A program made the position numbers and the translations under genes. The notes under the pieces are model-generated. The model saw nothing but the letters and a program-made list of their open reading frames with translations. It was not told where the DNA came from and ran no database searches. From Vulcanimicrobiota bacterium (GTDB lineage: Bacteria; Vulcanimicrobiota; Vulcanimicrobiia; Vulcanimicrobiales; Vulcanimicrobiaceae): 64,000 nucleotides of DNA. The DNA lies in assembly GCA_963820825.1 (NCBI GenBank), contig CAWGBN010000006.1:192001-256000 (forward strand), written 5' to 3'. Of this stretch, positions 58,810 to 64,000 are shown piece after piece. The first letter of the stretch is position 1. Every line of letters starts with the position of its first letter.

Positions 58810-59693
58810 TGCAGTACGTCGGCATACTCGATGCCGGCCGGCGCGACGACGTAGGCGACGCCTTCGTTTCGCTGCCAGATTCGCTCGATCGCCGAGCGTG
58901 GATAGACGACGCGCACCTTCGGCGCGGCCGGATCGTTGATCGCGCAATCGCCGTCGCGCGTGAATCCGCAGAGCACGACGAGGTGTCCGTCGGAGTGCTC
59001 GAGTGGTGCGCCGGGCAGCTCGCCGGCGCCCCAGGAGTACGAGATCGCGAGCGGCAGATTTCGCTCGATCAGGCGCTGCGCGTGGTCGAGGTTGCAGAGA
59101 TGAGCGACGACGGCGTGAAGGCCGAGTCTGCCGCTGTAGGCAACGTTGAACGTCCAATTGCCGGTGCCGTTGTAGGCTCGGTCGAAGACGCCGCGCGCCG
59201 TCTCGGCAACCGAATGGCCGATGCCGTGAAATGCATGGATCATCGAGAGGCTCGCCGGACTGCACCATCCCCGCTCGTTCCCCGCGCCTTCATATTGAGA
59301 ATGCGCCGGAACGTCGAGAACGAGCGCGTCGCGCGCGTACGGAAGCGACGGCCGCGCGCGCACCGGCGAAGAGAAAGCGACCAGCTCGAACTCGACCTCG
59401 CGTGCGCGCACTTCGATGCCGTCGAACGGTTGGCCGGCATGTATGACGTCGACGTCGACGCGGACGCCCTCGTGGTCGGGACTGAACGATTTTGCGCCGC
59501 CGGGCCGCCACTCCGTATGATCGAGCCAATCGCTCGCCGGCTGGTGCGCGCGGAGAAGACGAAAACGGAGATGGCCGCTCTCCGCATGCGTATTCCAGCT
59601 CAAGACGCCGCTGCGCGCCGGCTCGAAGAAGAGCGATGCCGACTCGCGCGCGCGCAGCGTCTGCGCGAAGGCGTTCAAATCTCCCATTGCCAT
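58800..59693 (-). CDS. Peptidase C39-like cysteine peptidase, no signal peptide
   Basis: HSQY, WCSPAS (Cys), GNWTFN, GHLVV (His), INDP (Asp). Confidence 0.8.
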   Translation of the reverse strand: MAMGDLNAFAQTLRARESASLFFEPARSGVLSWNTHAESGHLRFRLLRAHQPASDWLDHTEWRPGGAKSFSPDHEGVRVDVDVIHAGQPFDGIEVRAREVEFELVAFSSPVRARPSLPYARDALVLDVPAHSQYEGAGNERGWCSPASLSMIHAFHGIGHSVAETARGVFDRAYNGTGNWTFNVAYSGRLGLHAVVAHLCNLDHAQRLIERNLPLAISYSWGAGELPGAPLEHSDGHLVVLCGFTRDGDCAINDPAAPKVRVVYPRSAIERIWQRNEGVAYVVAPAGIEYADVLQWI

Positions 59694-61300
59694 GCGTTCC
59701 AGCTATCGCCGATGAAGGCGGCGGGAACGTAGTTCTTAACGTCCTCGTTGATCGCGGTATAGTTGGTTCGCCAACTGAAGAAGACTGCCGGCACGACGTC
59801 GCGGATGCGCTCCTCTTCGCGCTGATAGAGCCGCTTGCGCCGAGCGACGTCGAACGTGCTCGCGGCCGCGGCGCTCGTGGCGTTGACGATCGGATCGTCT
59901 AGCCACGACGTATTCGCGCCGCGCGGCGGGATGAAGGCACCGTTCCAGTCGCCGGAGTTATCGGGATCGGGGCCGTTCGTCTCGATCGACCACTCGAGGT
60001 CGTACTTGCCCGTGTAGAGCGGGCCGTTCATCGCAAAGAGATAGCTCCCGGGATAATTCCGAACCGCGACGTCGATCCCGACGGCGCGCAGCATCGCCTG
60101 AATCATCACTTGCGACTCGGTATTCTCCTGGTGGCCGGTCGTTGCATAGATGTCGAGCTGCATCGCGGTCGCGCCTTTGTGGAGTATTCCGTCGGTGCCG
60201 AGCCGCCAACCGGCCTGTGCGAGCAGGCGGCGCGCATCGTTTGGATCGTACGCATACGGCGGCAGCGCCGGCGCCGCCCACGATTCGGGAAAGACGTCGG
60301 AGACCGCGAGGCGATCGACGCCGTGAAAGACCGTATCCTCGATGCGTTTCCAGTCGACGGCCTCGGCGATCGCACGCCGTACCCGCACGTCGCGGAGCTG
60401 CGGGCGGCTCACGTTGATGCCGAGATGACGCCAGTCCGCGATCAGGCGCCGATCGACTCTGATGCCGTCGATGCTTCCCAGACGTGCGATCGCATTCGGC
60501 GTAACGTTCGGGTAGACGTCGATTTCGTGCGCGAAGAGCTGGTTCACCAGCGTGTTGACGTCGGGAACGACCTTCCAAACGACCTCCTTGAGTCTCGGCG
60601 CGCCGCGAAAGTAGTGCGGATTCGGCGCGAAGACCAGCGACGAACCGCGATTCCACGCTTTGAGCAGATACGGTCCGCTCGCGAGCGGCCGCCCGTTGAA
60701 CTCAGCCGAATTGAGATTCGGCAGCGCGGCGAGCAGATGCGCTGGCATCGGTGGGTACCCGGCGCCACCCATCGCGAGGATGCCGAGCACCGCGACGTTC
60801 GGATGCTTGAGCCGGATCACGAGCGTGTACGGGTCGGGTGCGCTCGCCGAAGCGATCGCATCCCATCCGTAGCGCGTCTTCACGTTGTTCGTTGGATTCA
60901 TGACCGCGCGATAGGTAAAGATCCAATCGGCGGCGGTGAGCGCAATGCCGTCGGCCCAGACGACCCCGCGGCGGAGATGGACGACGATGCGCCGGCCGTC
61001 GGGGCTGATGCCGCCGTTGCGGGTGCTCGGAACCTCCGTCGCGAGATCGGGGACGTAGTTGCCGCGCGCGTCGTAGCGGAGAATAAACGAGAAGAGCAAG
61101 CCGGAAATCGTGTCGGCCGCCGCGGTATGCGAGAACATCAGGTTCAGGCTGTCGGGCTCTTCGTCTTCACCCAAACGCAGCACGCCGGGAACGGTCCAAG
61201 CGTTGCGTTCGCCGTTGGCGCGCGACGGCGTGGGACGCGCGCATCCTGCCGTACCGACGAGCAGCGCGAGCGCCGCGGCGGCCAAGCGCGATCGGTTCAA
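59675..61300 (-). CDS. Peptide ABC transporter substrate-binding lipoprotein (OppA/DppA family 5)
   Basis: Lipobox TAGC, EPDSLN, PDLA, W.DG...TAAD, SGPY, D.RVRRAI, RKRLY. Confidence 0.92.
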   Translation of the reverse strand: MNRSRLAAAALALLVGTAGCARPTPSRANGERNAWTVPGVLRLGEDEEPDSLNLMFSHTAAADTISGLLFSFILRYDARGNYVPDLATEVPSTRNGGISPDGRRIVVHLRRGVVWADGIALTAADWIFTYRAVMNPTNNVKTRYGWDAIASASAPDPYTLVIRLKHPNVAVLGILAMGGAGYPPMPAHLLAALPNLNSAEFNGRPLASGPYLLKAWNRGSSLVFAPNPHYFRGAPRLKEVVWKVVPDVNTLVNQLFAHEIDVYPNVTPNAIARLGSIDGIRVDRRLIADWRHLGINVSRPQLRDVRVRRAIAEAVDWKRIEDTVFHGVDRLAVSDVFPESWAAPALPPYAYDPNDARRLLAQAGWRLGTDGILHKGATAMQLDIYATTGHQENTESQVMIQAMLRAVGIDVAVRNYPGSYLFAMNGPLYTGKYDLEWSIETNGPDPDNSGDWNGAFIPPRGANTSWLDDPIVNATSAAAASTFDVARRKRLYQREEERIRDVVPAVFFSWRTNYTAINEDVKNYVPAAFIGDSWNAWQWEI

Positions 61301-62364
61301 ACCGACCCGGCCGTCCCGAGCGGCGGACGCTTGACGATACGCGGTGCGATCTCCGCATAAAAATCGTGCGGACCAAAACGGACGAGATCCGTCGCCGGAA
61401 GCCCGGTCTCTTCGCGCGCGCGCTCGATCTCCGCGCGCGCTTGCCCTTCGTCGAGACATTGCGTGTTGAGCGCGATGCCGATAACCTCCGCCGGCTTGAC
61501 GGTTGCGAGCAGCGCTTGGTGGATCGCGATGCACTCGCGGTACGAGAGCGTCGGCGTGGGGTAGGTCTCGATCTGCATGCGGCTGGGATCGCAGACCAAT
61601 ACGAGCGCGTCGGGTGCGGATCCGGTCATCAGCGCAAGCGTCACCGGGGCGTATGCGGGGTGGTTGATCGCGCCTTGTCCCTCGACGACGATGAGATCGG
61701 CGCCTTCGCGCGCCGCGTAGAGCACGAGCTGTTCGGCAGCGCCGGCGGCGAAATCGGCGATGACGCGATCGACCGAGATTCCCCAACCGGCGATCAGCAC
61801 GCCGGTCTGACCGGTCGGAACGAACCGCGCGGTTCTTCCGGCGGCGTTCGCCGCACGGACGAGCTCGAGCGAGACCGTCATCTTACCGACCGCGCAATCG
61901 TTGCCGACCGTCAAGAGGACGGGCGCGTGAACGCCGTATGCGTCGCCCGAGAAGAGCGGCACTTCGGGTGGCTCGCGTACGTCCCAAATCGTCGTTCCGG
62001 CGGCGCGCGCCGCGGCGCGGAACTCACGATCTTTATCGAGCAGTTCGTGCAATCCGCTGACGATCTCGAGTCTCGCCGCAATCGCTTCGAGCACGGCGTC
62101 GCGCCAGGCGAGCGGCAATCCGCCGCCCTTCGGTGCGGTCCCGATCAAGAGCGCAGTCGGCGAGAACTGCAGCGCTTCGGAAAGGCTGGCGACGATCGGT
62201 GCTTCGCTCTCTAGATACGGAAGCACGTCGCGCACCCGCCGTCCCGCGCCGGCCGGATCGATCACCACGACGACATCGTCGGCACCGTAACGAATAACGC
62301 CGTGCGCGGTCTTGGCGTCGGTCGCAAACCGGTCGAGAGCGAGGATCGCGTAGCGGCGCTTCAC
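61297..62364 (-). CDS. DUF1611 family protein (DgcN-like)
   Basis: AKTAHGVIRY, IGTAPKGG, SGLH, GNDCAVGKMT, TGQTG, VEGQG, GSAPD. Confidence 0.88.
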   Translation of the reverse strand: MKRRYAILALDRFATDAKTAHGVIRYGADDVVVVIDPAGAGRRVRDVLPYLESEAPIVASLSEALQFSPTALLIGTAPKGGGLPLAWRDAVLEAIAARLEIVSGLHELLDKDREFRAAARAAGTTIWDVREPPEVPLFSGDAYGVHAPVLLTVGNDCAVGKMTVSLELVRAANAAGRTARFVPTGQTGVLIAGWGISVDRVIADFAAGAAEQLVLYAAREGADLIVVEGQGAINHPAYAPVTLALMTGSAPDALVLVCDPSRMQIETYPTPTLSYRECIAIHQALLATVKPAEVIGIALNTQCLDEGQARAEIERAREETGLPATDLVRFGPHDFYAEIAPRIVKRPPLGTAGSV

Positions 62365-63395
62365 GCGAGCGCGGCTTCCCGCACGCCGAGCCCCGGAGCG
62401 TCGGGCAAGAGGAGCTTTCCGCCATCGTAGCCGACGCCGGCGAACGGATCGCGCGAGATCAGCAGCGGGCCGTCGATGTCGGCCCAATCGACGAGCGGTG
62501 AGAGATGCGCCGCCGCGGTCGCGGCGATCGCGCTCTCGACCATGCATCCGAGCATCACCTTCATTCCCATCGCGCGAGCGGTGTGGATCATCGCAAGCGC
62601 TCCGCGAATGCCGCCGGTCTTCGCCAGCTTGACGTTGACGCCGTCGACGCAGCCGGCCAGGGCGGGAAGATCGCTCGCAACGTGCGCGTCTTCATCGGCG
62701 ACGATCGGAATCGCAACGCGCTCGCGAATCGCGCGCAGCTCGTGCGGGCGACCGGCCGGAATCGGCTGCTCGCAGAGCTCGATCTCGTACCGCTCGAGAT
62801 CGCGCAGAATTGCGACGGCGCTCTCGACCTCCCAACCTTCGTTCGCATCGATGCGCAGCGCACCGCCGTACCGCGTGCGAATCGCGGCGATCGTCTCGAC
62901 CTGTTCGGCCGGCGTCCCGCGCCCGAGCTTGATTTTGAGAATCGGAAAGTCGCGCGCTTCCTCGAGCTTTTGCAACGTCGTCTCGGGATCGGCGATCCCG
63001 ATCGTGAACGACGTCGTTGCCGCCGCCGCCGGATCGAGGCCGAGCAGGGCGTAAAGCGGCTTGCCGAGCTCTTTTCCGATGAGATCGTGCAGCGCGAGGT
63101 CGAGCCCGGCTCGGGCCGCCGGCGGGATTCCGGAGTGCAGCAGCGCTTCGAGGCGGTACGGGTCGTTCGATGCGAGCGCGTGCGATTCGAAGTACGCAAC
63201 GACGCTCTCCACCGATTCACCGTATCGTTCGATCGGCGTCGCTTCGCCGATGCCTTCGCATTGCCGTCCGCGCACGCGGACGATCGCGGTCTGCGCTACG
63301 AGCTCCTCACCGCGCGCAATCGTAAAGGGATGATGGAGTGGGAGTTCGATCGGCGTAACGGAGAGTGAGAGCACGGTGCCCGCTTTCAACCGCAT
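62361..63395 (-). CDS. Dipeptide epimerase (L-Ala-D/L-Glu epimerase/DgcA-like), enolase superfamily
   Basis: FTIARG, KIKLG, RIDANEGW, EQP, ADE, NVKLAKTGG, GCMVES, DIDG. Confidence 0.92.
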   Translation of the reverse strand: MRLKAGTVLSLSVTPIELPLHHPFTIARGEELVAQTAIVRVRGRQCEGIGEATPIERYGESVESVVAYFESHALASNDPYRLEALLHSGIPPAARAGLDLALHDLIGKELGKPLYALLGLDPAAAATTSFTIGIADPETTLQKLEEARDFPILKIKLGRGTPAEQVETIAAIRTRYGGALRIDANEGWEVESAVAILRDLERYEIELCEQPIPAGRPHELRAIRERVAIPIVADEDAHVASDLPALAGCVDGVNVKLAKTGGIRGALAMIHTARAMGMKVMLGCMVESAIAATAAAHLSPLVDWADIDGPLLISRDPFAGVGYDGGKLLLPDAPGLGVREAALA

Positions 63396-63453
63396 CGAGC
63401 CGCTTCCCCGGCGAGCGCGGTTCCTGCTTGACGGCCGGTGGTACGGTAGAGGG

Positions 63454-63637
63454 GCTCGACTGCGCATAGCGCGCAGCGTGTGCAGGAACCGAACCGACTT
63501 GTTTACCTAGGGAGCATCAGCTCCGGTAACGACGGACCGGCTTGGGTGAAACGCCTGCCGGCCCGGCGCCCGGGCCGCACCCACCTGCGAGAACGCAGGT
63601 TCGATCCTCGCGCGCAAGACGCTATATGCGGTTGAGT
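63454..63637 (+). ncRNA. ssrS: 6S RNA
   Basis: About 184 nt; ends pair (CTCGACTGCGCATAGCG / CGCTATATGCGGTTGAG with G-U pairs); internal GAACC..GGGAGC..CACCCACCTG..GCAGGTTC as in Terrabacteria 6S RNAs; TGgTACGGT extended -10 just upstream. Confidence 0.8.
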
Positions 63638-64000
63638 ATTGCCTTTTGCCAGCGTTCCAGCGCGGCGGCGAGCCGGCCGATCGTCGCGGAACCCGACGGT
63701 TCGTCGATTGCGAGGTGTCCGCGAAAGCCGGCGAAGACCGCGAGCGTTTTGGCGACCGAGCCGTCGCTCTCGCTCCCCAGATCGCTCCAGAGCAAGACCG
63801 TATTTGGGGCGAGCAGAGCGGGATCGCTCGCCGCGTCGAGCCGTGCCGGCTCGGGACCGAAGCGCAGCCACGCCGAGTCCGCCTCCTTCACGACGCGTTT
63901 GCAATCGTGCGTCGTTGCGGCGAACGTCCCCGGCGCGTTGCGTAACGCGAGGGTCACGTTGCGCCGCTTCGCCAGCGACGTCGCAACGCCGAGGTGCGCG
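63622..64000 (-). CDS. Hypothetical protein, C-terminal part (runs off window)
   Basis: Open frame ...RRNVTLALRNAPGT..VKEADSAWLR..FRGHLAID; possibly a TIM-barrel tail. Confidence 0.55.
   Translation of the reverse strand, partial: AHLGVATSLAKRRNVTLALRNAPGTFAATTHDCKRVVKEADSAWLRFGPEPARLDAASDPALLAPNTVLLWSDLGSESDGSVAKTLAVFAGFRGHLAIDEPSGSATIGRLAAALERWQKAILNRI

Noticed and set aside
1..64000. CRISPR arrays, tRNA/rRNA genes, transposases, prophage or defence systems
   Set aside because: No regularly spaced repeats, tRNA/rRNA signatures or recognisable integrase, transposase or Cas ORFs were seen by eye; short elements could have been missed without tools.

Overview
GC-rich bacterial chromosomal window containing the replication origin. 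It carries the 5' end of dnaN, dnaA flanked on both sides by DnaA boxes, and a DnaA-trio unwinding element. Most of it is housekeeping: rpmA-obgE-nadD-maf-mreCD-pbp2; trpS, thiDE, parAB and cca; the rpmH-rnpA-yidD-yidC-jag-mnmE-mnmG-rsmG block (displaced about 25 kb from dnaA); fabF-rnc-smc-purH; and a hisS...aspS operon enclosing accB plus an ADP-heptose/LPS-core glycosyltransferase cluster. Accessory parts are a ~1000-aa six-repeat DUF11-like protein coupled to a membrane HEAT protein, a ~10 kb sulfatase/FGE island (47.7-58.0 kb), and a dipeptide epimerase-DUF1611-OppA-C39-like peptidase-UDG operon next to a 6S RNA. Firmicutes-like markers combined with LPS genes and high GC suggest a diderm Terrabacteria lineage, possibly Eremiobacterota/Vulcanimicrobiota (inference only). 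Many frameshifts, including in essential hisS and aspS, look like long-read indel errors. Best leads: an unassigned ~210-nt structured RNA candidate between oriC and rpmA; an L27 with a Prp-type pro-peptide but no adjacent rplU/prp; non-canonical CTG (parA) and ATC (mreC) starts; two identical variant parS sites, one over the cca-parAB promoter; a shared operator motif in the sulfatase island; and the putative murein-peptide/D-Glu recycling operon. All calls come from motif recognition by eye; no searches were run.
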